From IMG/VR virus record IMGVR_UViG_3300025133_009061, positions 1-64,000 of that record: DNA of 64,000 bases, one strand, 5' to 3'. The notes below the pieces were generated by a model. The model was not told where the DNA came from. It worked only from the letters and a program-made list of their open reading frames with translations, and did not search any database. Below, in pieces: positions 18,748 to 27,817 of this stretch. The position numbers and the translations under genes were made by a program. Within the stretch, counting starts at the first letter, position 1; each line of letters opens with the position of its first letter. Source of the DNA: a virus (lineage: Duplodnaviria > Caudoviricetes).

Positions 18748-20087
18748 TATCCTTGACCCACTTTTCTAGCGGCAGGAAAACCTCCAAAAGGAAGTTTGCC
18801 CCGAGTTATAGCACAACTTTGCTCGCCATTTTTATTATTTTCGACGCCCCCCTGAGAGTAAAGACCCCATCTTAATCGACATCCCGTAAGGGTTTTAGAA
18901 CATTCATCCGCGACCCAGTAGTCGGTGTTAGGAGGGGGATTTTTTTTGTTTTCGGCCTTTGTAATATCACGTCTCGCAACATAGTAATATTTAATGTCGT
19001 CTTTATATAAAAAAACAGACACTCCTTTATAGTAGGCGTAATAATTCTCATCGCCTTCCCCTCCATTAGTAACAACTTTCTTCTCGGTATTAGCGTCGAC
19101 GCTCCACAGGGAAAGCCCCCCCTGAAGGGAGCCTCCTATAATTTCTGTTATTTTTTCATCATTATCGTCCGCCACAGGAGGAGCTACGGTGGGGAGACCT
19201 ACTCCTGTACCGCTATTTTCTTTAAGTTTTCCAATGGTCTTTGCCGTGGGAAGCTTTTTAAGTCCGGCTTTTCTCAAAACGGGAACGTTTTGTCCGTCGT
19301 CGTATTCCCCTGTGACAGGGTCCCTAGTCGGATTGATTTCAGGTTTATCAGCGTGTTGATACCAGCATCCGCAGCCTCGGTATTGCCACATGCATTTATC
19401 AGAGACAATCATCCGTTTGGGAAGCTTTATGCCTTCTAGATCGAAAATTGAAGAAAGTTGGTACTTTAGAGTACTTTTATTTTCTGCTATTTTTCTTTCT
19501 ATATAATAAACCTCGGTAGGAAGTTCTGCGTACGGGTCCGGTTCGTATCCTACTGGTAACTGTTGTCCGATTGAGGGTTTATCACGGAATTGTCGCGGAA
19601 CGAAGTTCCTCATATCCAAATATTTGGCGAAGGTTCGTCTTCTTGTAACTTTAGCGCCAATTATATCCCCAAATTTTCTAATTTCGTGTTTAAGTAGAGC
19701 TAGTTGGTCTGATCCTGTTTCGGATTGACTGGAGATTGATAGGGTTGGTTGGGGGAGGGTTCCCTTACTACTCGTTTCAAATCCTTCGGTTAGGATAGGG
19801 GCTGGATAATAGGTGTTATTTTGCCAAAGCACATAGGAGTTGATGATTTTTATATTGTTATGGAATCTTAAGACGGAATCTTTAAGGTTTTTATTGAGGC
19901 CTATTTCTTTAGCTTGAGAGCTTAGGTTTTCGATGTGTCGAGTGGTTAGTAATTGTTGCAAGTCTATCTCTACCAAGGTAATTAAAGCTGATGGAGTAAG
20001 ATTAGTTAGTTCAAAATTAAGAGATTTAATTGAACTTTCAGCAATCGCTTTAGTCGGAGGATCTAGTTGTCCATTGATATAGGGCAT
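18747..20087 (-). CDS. Minor tail protein, lambda gpL-like
   Basis: PAPILTEGFE, VTRRRTFAKYLD, CMWQYRGCGCWY, CSKTLTGCRLRW, PFGGFP. The Cys set matches the Fe-S-binding Cys of gpL. Confidence 0.9.
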   Translation of the reverse strand: MPYINGQLDPPTKAIAESSIKSLNFELTNLTPSALITLVEIDLQQLLTTRHIENLSSQAKEIGLNKNLKDSVLRFHNNIKIINSYVLWQNNTYYPAPILTEGFETSSKGTLPQPTLSISSQSETGSDQLALLKHEIRKFGDIIGAKVTRRRTFAKYLDMRNFVPRQFRDKPSIGQQLPVGYEPDPYAELPTEVYYIERKIAENKSTLKYQLSSIFDLEGIKLPKRMIVSDKCMWQYRGCGCWYQHADKPEINPTRDPVTGEYDDGQNVPVLRKAGLKKLPTAKTIGKLKENSGTGVGLPTVAPPVADDNDEKITEIIGGSLQGGLSLWSVDANTEKKVVTNGGEGDENYYAYYKGVSVFLYKDDIKYYYVARRDITKAENKKNPPPNTDYWVADECSKTLTGCRLRWGLYSQGGVENNKNGEQSCAITRGKLPFGGFPAARKVGQG

Positions 20088-20089
20088 TT

Positions 20090-20686
20090 TTAATTATTCT
20101 TTTCTAAGAAGGTGGCTTTCACTGTATAGTTATCAAAAAAAGTAAAAGTACTGTTAAAACTAGAACACACAAAGAGTTTCCTGAAACCTACGTCTGCATA
20201 TATAGGAGGCAGGTGTTTTATCCCAAAAGATTCAGCCCCTCTTCTTGCCCGTAAAAATTGGATAATGGCCCTTGCTTCTTTTTCGGTTCTCATTTCAAAT
20301 GTTGCGGAGAAGTTAATCAATCCGTTATAGATACCATCTTGAGTACGTTGTTCGTATCCGTTTCCAAAAGCAACCGTAATGACTCGTGGAGCGTGTTCTA
20401 CCGTTGCGTTATAGGAGGGTTTCCATAAGAATTGAGGTCTAACGGTACGCCCCCCAGCTCGAGCGTTACCTCCCCAAAATTCATTATTTAATTTCGGCCT
20501 TCCGGAGGAAGTAAAGGGAGATTCACCGGTAGAGGTTTTTAGGGCGTAGTAATAGTTTATTTCTTTGGGGATTCCTCTAGTGCTAGTGCCTCCCCCAATA
20601 TAGATCGGAGACTGTACGATATCGTTTTTGTTATACTCTACCGTAGTGCTAAACTCGTCGATTTTATAAATACTATTTATAGCCAT
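20090..20686 (-). CDS. Minor tail protein, lambda gpM-like, with N-terminal extension
   Basis: FLWKPSY...VITVAFGNGYEQRTQDGI...FSATF; first gene of the M-L-K-I-J order. Confidence 0.85.
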   Translation of the reverse strand: MAINSIYKIDEFSTTVEYNKNDIVQSPIYIGGGTSTRGIPKEINYYYALKTSTGESPFTSSGRPKLNNEFWGGNARAGGRTVRPQFLWKPSYNATVEHAPRVITVAFGNGYEQRTQDGIYNGLINFSATFEMRTEKEARAIIQFLRARRGAESFGIKHLPPIYADVGFRKLFVCSSFNSTFTFFDNYTVKATFLEKNN

Positions 20687-20709
20687 TTTCCCTTAAACCT
20701 TTATTTATT

Positions 20710-20737
20710 ATATTACACGCAAAAAGTAGTGTAAAAT
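20710..20737. promoter_or_regulatory. Back-to-back pair of GTGTAA-class motifs
   Basis: Minus strand GTGTAATAT (20718-20710) towards gpM; plus strand AGTGTAAAAT (20728-20737) towards ORF 20750. Confidence 0.7.
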
Positions 20738-20749
20738 AAAGATAAGGTA

Positions 20750-21580
20750 ATGTTAGGAAGAATCAGGAGAGATGCGGAAAGTATCACCATTAACGGGAGT
20801 GGGATACAAGGGGTTCAGTCTATATCCGCCAACTATTCCTCCGTTGCTCAACCCCTTAGGAATTTGGGTATAAATAGTATAAAATATGCCCCTGAAGGCC
20901 CTCAAACAGCAACTTTGGATGTAAGCAATCTCCTCATTAATACTCTTTCTCCCGCGGCTCCAGCTACCTCTACCGAATTAATGCAAAACTTCACTGGTGA
21001 CATCGCTTTTAGTGGCGTAGTTAACCACGGAACCAAAAATTTTATTTTTACAGAGGGTTACATGGAAACTTATTCAGTAAGCTGTGCCATAGGGGAAATT
21101 CCCAGTGTTTCTACCAGTTCTGTAATTTATGGGGAATTCGGGACGGGAACGTTGGCTAATGTGCCGACAGATAGCTACCCAAGCGTCGTAAATATTCCCA
21201 GTTATAGCTCTATGGAGATCAATTTAGATACTTTCAACACTAATCGCGTTAGTTCTTTCAATGTGGCCATAGCTACCCCTCGACTACCTTTGTATGCCGT
21301 GGGCAACGACGTACCTACAGGGGTTATAGCTGGAACTCCCGTGGAAGTTAATGTTAATTTTACTATTGAGCCTGATGACTATGAAATAAAAAACATGAGA
21401 TTTGTTCCGGATCAGACAGTTTTTGAGAATACGGTAATAACTTTGAAAAAAAACAACTCTGATGCTACATTATTAACATATTCTTTTAATGACATGCTTT
21501 TAACGTCAGAATCTTTTCAAGGGGGTGTAGATTCCAACGCCCAAGTTAATTTTAATTTAAGATCATTCATTTTGAGGTAA
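20750..21580 (+). CDS. Tail tube-like paralogue 1
   Basis: Two repeats: VQSISANYSSVAQPLRNLG and VSSFNVAIATPRLPLYAVG. Confidence 0.55.
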   Translation: MLGRIRRDAESITINGSGIQGVQSISANYSSVAQPLRNLGINSIKYAPEGPQTATLDVSNLLINTLSPAAPATSTELMQNFTGDIAFSGVVNHGTKNFIFTEGYMETYSVSCAIGEIPSVSTSSVIYGEFGTGTLANVPTDSYPSVVNIPSYSSMEINLDTFNTNRVSSFNVAIATPRLPLYAVGNDVPTGVIAGTPVEVNVNFTIEPDDYEIKNMRFVPDQTVFENTVITLKKNNSDATLLTYSFNDMLLTSESFQGGVDSNAQVNFNLRSFILR

Positions 21581-21584
21581 AAAT

Positions 21585-21593
21585 GTGTAATAC
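21585..21593 (+). promoter_or_regulatory. GTGTAAT-class motif
   Basis: GTGTAATAC in a 29-nt intergenic gap, followed by AAAAGGTTATG. Confidence 0.6.
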
Positions 21594-21609
21594 TTGTAAA
21601 TAAAAGGTT

Positions 21610-22494
21610 ATGGCAACGGTATTTTACGATAAGGCAGCGGTAAGCGTCGATTTTAACGGCGCTGGTGAAACTCTTTTAGCTTCTGATTTTACTGTCAATT
21701 ATTCAACTTCGGCGCAACCTTTGTACGCGATAGGCAACAAAGGTGCTTTGGGTCAGTTTCCGTCGTCGGCGCGGGTTGGAGATGTTTCTTTTAATTTTAT
21801 TACCTCTCTAACTGGTCAGAATTATGGTCAAAAGGGAAACATTATTAACTTTTTAGCTAGCGGGATAAAACATTCCGTGGGGTCAACGGCTTCCGGAGTT
21901 ACAATTAGCGGAGCAGGGGTTAAGGGAATCGGATTTTTGAATTCTTACAGCTTTAACGTGGCCAGTAATTCCGTCTCCACTTCTAGCGCGAGTTTTACTT
22001 TTTTTGGTCACGATAATGAGCTTCCGATGAGTGGAAGATTAGCTGATTCTACCGCTACCGTGGGGCTCGGTACTACCTCCGGTGGTTCTTTGGCAACCGG
22101 GATAGCTCACGGTAGGTATACGCCTCTAACGACCTTAAAGACTACAATAAATCCCGGAGGGGGCGACGCGCAAGTTGGAACAGTTTTTGGTGCTGACTAC
22201 TCAATTTCTCTTAATCATAATCCAATTTATAAAGTGGGGCAGGAGTTTCCTACTACCTCTCTTTATACCACCGCTCAGGAATCTATCAATGTAACAGAAG
22301 ATATTTTCCAATCTGGGTTGGCGTTTGACGAAACTGCAAGTGATTATACCATTGATCTGCATGGTCTCGACAACGCCTCCACCAATGATAAAATGCAATT
22401 AAAAATGATCTCTGGTAAACAGGTCTCTACTTCGATGAGCGCAGGTTTGGACGATATAGTAAGAAGCCAAAAAACTTTAACCGCCTCATATTAA
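21610..22494 (+). CDS. Tail tube-like paralogue 2
   Basis: Two repeats: ASDFTVNYSTSAQPLYAIG and GADYSISLNHNPIYKVG. Confidence 0.55.
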   Translation: MATVFYDKAAVSVDFNGAGETLLASDFTVNYSTSAQPLYAIGNKGALGQFPSSARVGDVSFNFITSLTGQNYGQKGNIINFLASGIKHSVGSTASGVTISGAGVKGIGFLNSYSFNVASNSVSTSSASFTFFGHDNELPMSGRLADSTATVGLGTTSGGSLATGIAHGRYTPLTTLKTTINPGGGDAQVGTVFGADYSISLNHNPIYKVGQEFPTTSLYTTAQESINVTEDIFQSGLAFDETASDYTIDLHGLDNASTNDKMQLKMISGKQVSTSMSAGLDDIVRSQKTLTASY

Positions 22495-22495
22495 T

Positions 22496-23398
22496 GTGTT
22501 CTATACTGCCAATAACGCCAAACTTAAAATTGATGGAAATGAAATCATTGCCGCCAACGCTTCTATATCGCTAAGCGCGTCTCTTCAACCCAAGTATGAT
22601 TATGACCAACGAAACACTAGGGATTTTGTCGCTAACAAGGGCATAGGTGGAACCTTAAGCTTTAGTTACTACTTGACGGGAGAAGATTATTTTAAACAAT
22701 TTATTAGCGGTCAAGGGGAGCCGGTAGGAGTTCAGGCAGCGGGCTCTGTAACTTATGGGAATCCTATTTCCGGAAACTTTGGGGGACTTAATTTTGAAAG
22801 TGGTTACTTAAGTTCTTATTCCGTTAACTTTTCACCTAACGCGCCGGTTGTAGCCAACGCAACCGTTTCTTTCTTTGATGACTTAAGTACTCATAGTGAT
22901 TTCACCCCCACAGAAACGGCTGCTCCTGATATTGATACCGTTTTAAATTGTCGTAATGCTAGGGTTATCACCGGAAATCATGGTTGGGATCCAGAAAGTC
23001 AGACGGAGAATATAGATAATTTTATAGCTGGGACTTACAACTATGCGATAGAAATAAACCCGGTTTACTTAATGGGTGAAACAAAACCCAGCGCTGTAAG
23101 TTACGGGGTTCAAAGCGTGAACATGAATTTTGAGCTGGACAACCCAACGGGATTTTTGCCGTTCAGTGGGTGCGATGCTATGGTATCTGTTCAAATGAAA
23201 AGTAGGATAACTGACGTCTATAACGCGGAAACTTTTACCTGTTCCGGAATCATTAATCAACGGAGTTTAGCCTCCTCTCCAAACGATTATATCAAGCATA
23301 CAATAAATATAACCGAAAATGACGTCTCAGAATTTAACACAGCTCCAAAAAAGGTGATAGACAACGCAGGAGGGTCGGTGGGTATAGGAAGCTCATAA
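22496..23398 (+). CDS. Tail tube-like paralogue 3
   Basis: Two repeats: ANASISLSASLQPKYDYD and AGTYNYAIEINPVYLMG. Confidence 0.55.
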   Translation: MFYTANNAKLKIDGNEIIAANASISLSASLQPKYDYDQRNTRDFVANKGIGGTLSFSYYLTGEDYFKQFISGQGEPVGVQAAGSVTYGNPISGNFGGLNFESGYLSSYSVNFSPNAPVVANATVSFFDDLSTHSDFTPTETAAPDIDTVLNCRNARVITGNHGWDPESQTENIDNFIAGTYNYAIEINPVYLMGETKPSAVSYGVQSVNMNFELDNPTGFLPFSGCDAMVSVQMKSRITDVYNAETFTCSGIINQRSLASSPNDYIKHTINITENDVSEFNTAPKKVIDNAGGSVGIGSS

Positions 23399-23416
23399 AC
23401 AGGATGATAAATTAAA

Positions 23417-26400
23417 ATGCCAGCAACTTTTTATCCAAAGAAGAGATTTCAAATTAGTGGAGAGAACGTTAATTTTATTCCGGAAATATCATTTGGTGGT
23501 GACCCCGTAGAGAACTTGGTTTACGATGGAACTACGGGAATTTCAGGGGTAGTCCCACCCGGTGCCGTAACGGCGGATCTTTTGATAAATAACGGGCTCG
23601 GGTTGGCTCCGTACGGGGTGTTGCAGGTTGTTTTAGACTCAGAGAGTCAGGTAGTGGGTGGTTATCTGGAAGACGATACCGTTAGCGGAAAAGCTGGGGA
23701 ATTAATCAATATTACTGGAGAAAACTTTTACCACATTACAGATGTGAAGTTCGGGGAAACGGAAAGTACCTTTACTGTAGATTCAGATACAGAAATAAAC
23801 GTTATCGTTCCAACCAATGCTGGTTACGGGGGGATAACGGTTTTTTCTTCCGAAAGAACGGGGCTAGCGGGAAGCATAACGGAAGCTAGTGGTATTTCTC
23901 CTAATTCTTTTGTTCCTATCGCGAACGTAACAGGGCTAAGTTCTGGAACTTTGTCATCGGGAGAGACCCTAACTATACAGGGAGAGTCTTTAAGCGCGGT
24001 GACGGGCGTCTCCTTTCCTCGAATGGAATCTCATCCGGCCGCTATTTCAGTTTCTGACGTCACTTCTACGTCATTGAATCTTATAATTCCCAGCGGTAGG
24101 GTTCAGGGGGCTCCTACAATGCATATGAGAAGCGGCATAAGTACAGAAGCTCTTTCTACGATTTCCTTTTCTCAAGCGGCTCAAATCAAGTCTAATATTA
24201 ATTATACCGGACATACAGGGGCAAATCTGAATGTTTATGGTTGGGATTTTACCACCGGAACCCTTCACCCTATAGGGGAAATACCGGGCTCTTCTCCGAG
24301 TAGGAGCGGTTATTTGGTTCGAATAGGAGAAGAAACAGGCATGTTTGACTTGGATCCCGCTTACGTGTCTAACGTTTTTGTGGGGTTGCAGCGTTTGTCC
24401 GGCGTGATCCCTTCTGGGATACCGGTTGAGGTGAATAGCGGTGTGGTGGGGGTCGGTACTAATATAAGCTCTCTCATAAAAAGGATACCCATAAGTATTT
24501 ACAGCGATAACTATCCCACCACGTACCAAAGCACAGGATCGTTTAGACCTGTTCCGGATTCCCCCACTATACTTTCTGTTACGCCCTCGTCAGGTATATC
24601 GGGAGACGCGGTAGTTATTGAAGGAACAGATTTATACAATATAACCGGGGTACTTTTTACCGGTTACCCTAGCGCTGGTAATGTAGGTTTGGGTCAAAAT
24701 TTACCTATTTTGGAAGTTAGTCACGTTTCCTCTTTAGGGAACCAGATTGAGGTTAGTGTGCCGGACGACGTAGAAGTCTCTATTCCCGAAACTAATTATG
24801 GTATTATTGCGTCTGGAGCTTTCGGAGAGGCCTCGTTTGGTTTGGTTTCTGACATCCCTACGGGTTTTGTAGCGCTGGGAAAACCTAAAATAAACGAGGG
24901 TTACCCTCAGCCTGACGGGGTAGGGGTAGAAGAATTAGTGTTACCTAATAGTACTGGGATTATAGAAGGGAGCGGTATTTATTCCGGAACCAGCGTGCTC
25001 TTATACAAGGGTAGCGTTGCTAATGAAGCTAACCTACTGGGAGAACTGCCTTCCAGTGGTTACAGTACGACAGGGGGAAATAATGTAGTGGAGTTTACTT
25101 ATCCTAATGCTTTTGATTTTTTACCACCAGACTTTAAAATAAGGCTAAAAAACGATAGGAGCTATTCGCTTAATTCCAAAACGATTCAAGCTTTCAGAAG
25201 GCCGATTATCAGCGGGTTCACTCCATTAAGCGGTGTCTATGGGGATAACATTACGTTGACGGGATATTTCGGTACTCCCGGAACCGGGGCGGGCGAGGTG
25301 GAGGGACCAATAGTTCCCAGTGGGGTGAGCGTTGGCCAAGTGAAGGTTTCCGAAGGTGATTTTAATCTTCTTAGCGAAAATCTTATTATATTTAAGATCC
25401 CCGATAATGCCGCCAGTAATATAGTTAACGTCGTAACCAGTGGGGGCAGCTCCTCAAGCAACCAAGTGTTAACAGTTTTTCCTCCGAAGCCTTATATTAG
25501 CGGATATTACCCCGGCGAAGGAGACAAGCCTTATATTACGGGAGTAGGTAATACGGGTTTTGCGGAAGATCAAGTATTTGGAAAGGGGAACCTTATGACA
25601 ATCACTGGTTCAAGGATGAATCTCCTTACAGGAGTTTTGTTTTCGGGAACGGATGGCACTATTGGGGTTAATTCATTTGTTCAGAAGAGTAATTCCAAAG
25701 CGGTTGTCCATATTCCTACAAATATCAACCCTGAAAGCGGACATTTTATACTAAAAGATTTCGAAAACAGATCTAACGATAATGCTGTTTCCAGCGTGTA
25801 TGCAAACAAGTTTCCGGTTCCATTGAATATCGCCACCGTATCGGGCCTTTCGGGTCTGTTGTTGCCTGATCCTACAACTCAGTCTACCTTGCAGCGTTTT
25901 GGATTGAGTGGACAAAATATTTCGGGGTTGGTCCCAAGTTTCCCGACTCCTACTGGAGACTTTACAAATCTGGAAACGCAGGGTTTCAGTAACCCTGTCA
26001 CTTATTACGTTGACTCTAATGGAGTAGAGACTCTTACAGCAAAGGTTCCGAGGGGGATAACAAATGGATCGGTACGTCTTTCGGGATTAGGAAACTCCTT
26101 TGTTTTAGATACTAGTGAATCCTTTCTTCCCTTGGCTGCAGCGAGTACCATAACTCCGGGGCTTCCGAATCTGACGCTAGCAACTGGAACCAACATGCTT
26201 ATAACCGGTTACAACTCTTACAATAGCACGGCTCAAAGCGGGTCTCGGTTGGTGGGTATTACTGGCACAGGCAATAAGGATAATACGGCTCAAGTTTATT
26301 TTTACCCAATAAACACCTACAGTTCGGGGTTAATGGGTAGTACCTCTATATGTAAGGATTCCATTACTTTTCAGCTAGATAGTGGCTTTATTGGGACAGG

Positions 26401-26971
26401 ACGCTTCTTTATCGTAAACCCGTGGGAAGACTTTGGTGACATCGAGAGTGAGTTTCCCGATTCTTTAAGCGCTTCCGGCGACACCTTGAATAATCAAATA
26501 GCTTCTTATCCTTTTGAGTACGTTCTTCAGGGGACTAGGGTTGATGTTACGGGTTACACTCCAGCGAGGGGAGTCACGGGGGATAACGTTACCATATCGG
26601 GAGAAGGTTTTACTCCTGTTACTGGAGTATTCTTCAAAATTCCTAACGGTCCTCTTTTGGAGGCCGACTTTACATTAAACTCGGACACTCAAATAACCGC
26701 GACGATTCCCCCAGAGGGGATAGAAGCTCGGGGTATGACTGATATTATTATTTCTGGAGGGACTAATGATACGGTAGCGGATTTTGAAGTATTGTTGGAC
26801 GCATCTACGGTTAAGTTTAACATTTTGTCAGAAGGAGATGTTCCTGTTGATATTACTCGAACTTCTCAATTCTCGATCGAAGAAACGCACGATGGGGTCA
26901 TCTATATCGTCACTAAAACCCGATACCCCGACGGAACAACCGCGATTACAAGTAGTGTTCCCAAACTCTAA
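23417..26971 (+). CDS. IPT/TIG (Ig-like) repeat protein, probably virion-exposed
   Basis: At least six repeats such as PTILSVTPSSGISGDAVVIEGTDL, PIISGFTPLSGVYGDNITLTG and VTGYTPARGVTGDNVTISGEGF; Ser/Thr/Gly-rich. Confidence 0.8.
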   Translation: MPATFYPKKRFQISGENVNFIPEISFGGDPVENLVYDGTTGISGVVPPGAVTADLLINNGLGLAPYGVLQVVLDSESQVVGGYLEDDTVSGKAGELINITGENFYHITDVKFGETESTFTVDSDTEINVIVPTNAGYGGITVFSSERTGLAGSITEASGISPNSFVPIANVTGLSSGTLSSGETLTIQGESLSAVTGVSFPRMESHPAAISVSDVTSTSLNLIIPSGRVQGAPTMHMRSGISTEALSTISFSQAAQIKSNINYTGHTGANLNVYGWDFTTGTLHPIGEIPGSSPSRSGYLVRIGEETGMFDLDPAYVSNVFVGLQRLSGVIPSGIPVEVNSGVVGVGTNISSLIKRIPISIYSDNYPTTYQSTGSFRPVPDSPTILSVTPSSGISGDAVVIEGTDLYNITGVLFTGYPSAGNVGLGQNLPILEVSHVSSLGNQIEVSVPDDVEVSIPETNYGIIASGAFGEASFGLVSDIPTGFVALGKPKINEGYPQPDGVGVEELVLPNSTGIIEGSGIYSGTSVLLYKGSVANEANLLGELPSSGYSTTGGNNVVEFTYPNAFDFLPPDFKIRLKNDRSYSLNSKTIQAFRRPIISGFTPLSGVYGDNITLTGYFGTPGTGAGEVEGPIVPSGVSVGQVKVSEGDFNLLSENLIIFKIPDNAASNIVNVVTSGGSSSSNQVLTVFPPKPYISGYYPGEGDKPYITGVGNTGFAEDQVFGKGNLMTITGSRMNLLTGVLFSGTDGTIGVNSFVQKSNSKAVVHIPTNINPESGHFILKDFENRSNDNAVSSVYANKFPVPLNIATVSGLSGLLLPDPTTQSTLQRFGLSGQNISGLVPSFPTPTGDFTNLETQGFSNPVTYYVDSNGVETLTAKVPRGITNGSVRLSGLGNSFVLDTSESFLPLAAASTITPGLPNLTLATGTNMLITGYNSYNSTAQSGSRLVGITGTGNKDNTAQVYFYPINTYSSGLMGSTSICKDSITFQLDSGFIGTGRFFIVNPWEDFGDIESEFPDSLSASGDTLNNQIASYPFEYVLQGTRVDVTGYTPARGVTGDNVTISGEGFTPVTGVFFKIPNGPLLEADFTLNSDTQITATIPPEGIEARGMTDIIISGGTNDTVADFEVLLDASTVKFNILSEGDVPVDITRTSQFSIEETHDGVIYIVTKTRYPDGTTAITSSVPKL

Positions 26972-27180
26972 AGGTCGGCTTCTCCTATATCTATGAAATA
27001 AAGTAGCCTCAGTAACTTTTCCCTTCCCACTTTTTCGTCTATGAGCCGTATAGGCAGTTCCATGTTAAGATTGGGGTTAGGAGTGGTTAGCCAGTCACCT
27101 ACATAGTCATCGTCCATTACCGAACAACACTCATTAACGAGATTTACGAATTCGATTAAGTTTTCCTTTTTAATTTCCAT
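26968..27180 (-). CDS. MbcA/ParS/Xre antitoxin C-terminal domain (DUF2384-like), stand-alone
   Basis: WLTTPNPNLNMELPIRLI matches the WL.TPN..L....P..L motif. Start moved to ATG 27180 (70 aa). Confidence 0.7.
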   Translation of the reverse strand: MEIKKENLIEFVNLVNECCSVMDDDYVGDWLTTPNPNLNMELPIRLIDEKVGREKLLRLLYFIDIGEADL

Positions 27181-27817
27181 ACTGGGTATATTTAGCGTTG
27201 AAGGGGATAGATATCCTGAGAGAGTCGGTAGGGTTAGGGTCGACATAGTGGGTGAGCCAAGAAGGAAAGATAACTATTTTTCCCTCCTTTATTTTATAAG
27301 TAAATAAACTGGTATCATAAGGATTGTCTGAACGGTACCAGTTTTCATTTTCCTTACTCTGGGGGTTAGGGGATGAGAATCTATGTTGCGAGCGAGGGTC
27401 TAAAAAATGAACAAGCCCAGAGTTTTCGGGGAAGCTTGCATAATAACAGCCTGAATAATCGTTTCCCGGATGGATGTGAGGAGGGTTGAAGTTTCCTTTC
27501 TGATTGACGTTTAGCCATGGGTCGAACCGCTCCCATTCTCCCTCATCCCAATCGTGAATTTTTTCTACCTTTTTTAGAAGCTTAAAAGTTTGAGTTTTAA
27601 AGAAAGAAAAAAGACTTTTTTCTTCGTCAAAATTTAATTCATCTCCCCCGTAAGAACTTAGAGAAGGGTTCCCCGATTGTTGGATGTGCTCTTGAGCTTT
27701 AGGGGAAGAGATAAACTCCATAACTTGGGGTTTAAACTGCTCATGGTATGGGAAATCGAATTCCCACACGTCAGTGATAAAGAGGTCGTGCTTTATCGTT
27801 CCCTGCTCTTTCTCCAT
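27170..27817 (-). CDS. 2OG-Fe(II) oxygenase (TIGR02466-like)
   Basis: WLNVNQKGNFNPPHIHP...SGCYY and IVIFPSWLTHYVDPN...RISIPFN. Confidence 0.9.
   Translation of the reverse strand: MEKEQGTIKHDLFITDVWEFDFPYHEQFKPQVMEFISSPKAQEHIQQSGNPSLSSYGGDELNFDEEKSLFSFFKTQTFKLLKKVEKIHDWDEGEWERFDPWLNVNQKGNFNPPHIHPGNDYSGCYYASFPENSGLVHFLDPRSQHRFSSPNPQSKENENWYRSDNPYDTSLFTYKIKEGKIVIFPSWLTHYVDPNPTDSLRISIPFNAKYTQYGN

Noticed and set aside
10600-20750. Invertase-driven phase variation of the tail-tip cassette
   Set aside because: No matching inverted repeats at the two ends and no recombinase in the window.
11513-26971. Diversity-generating retroelement target or template repeats in J or the IPT protein
   Set aside because: No reverse transcriptase and no near-identical ~100-nt repeat pair were seen by eye.
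27170-27817. TET/JBP-type DNA base hydroxylase
   Set aside because: The motif pattern matches the common TIGR02466-like oxygenases and not the TET/JBP HxD...H signature context.
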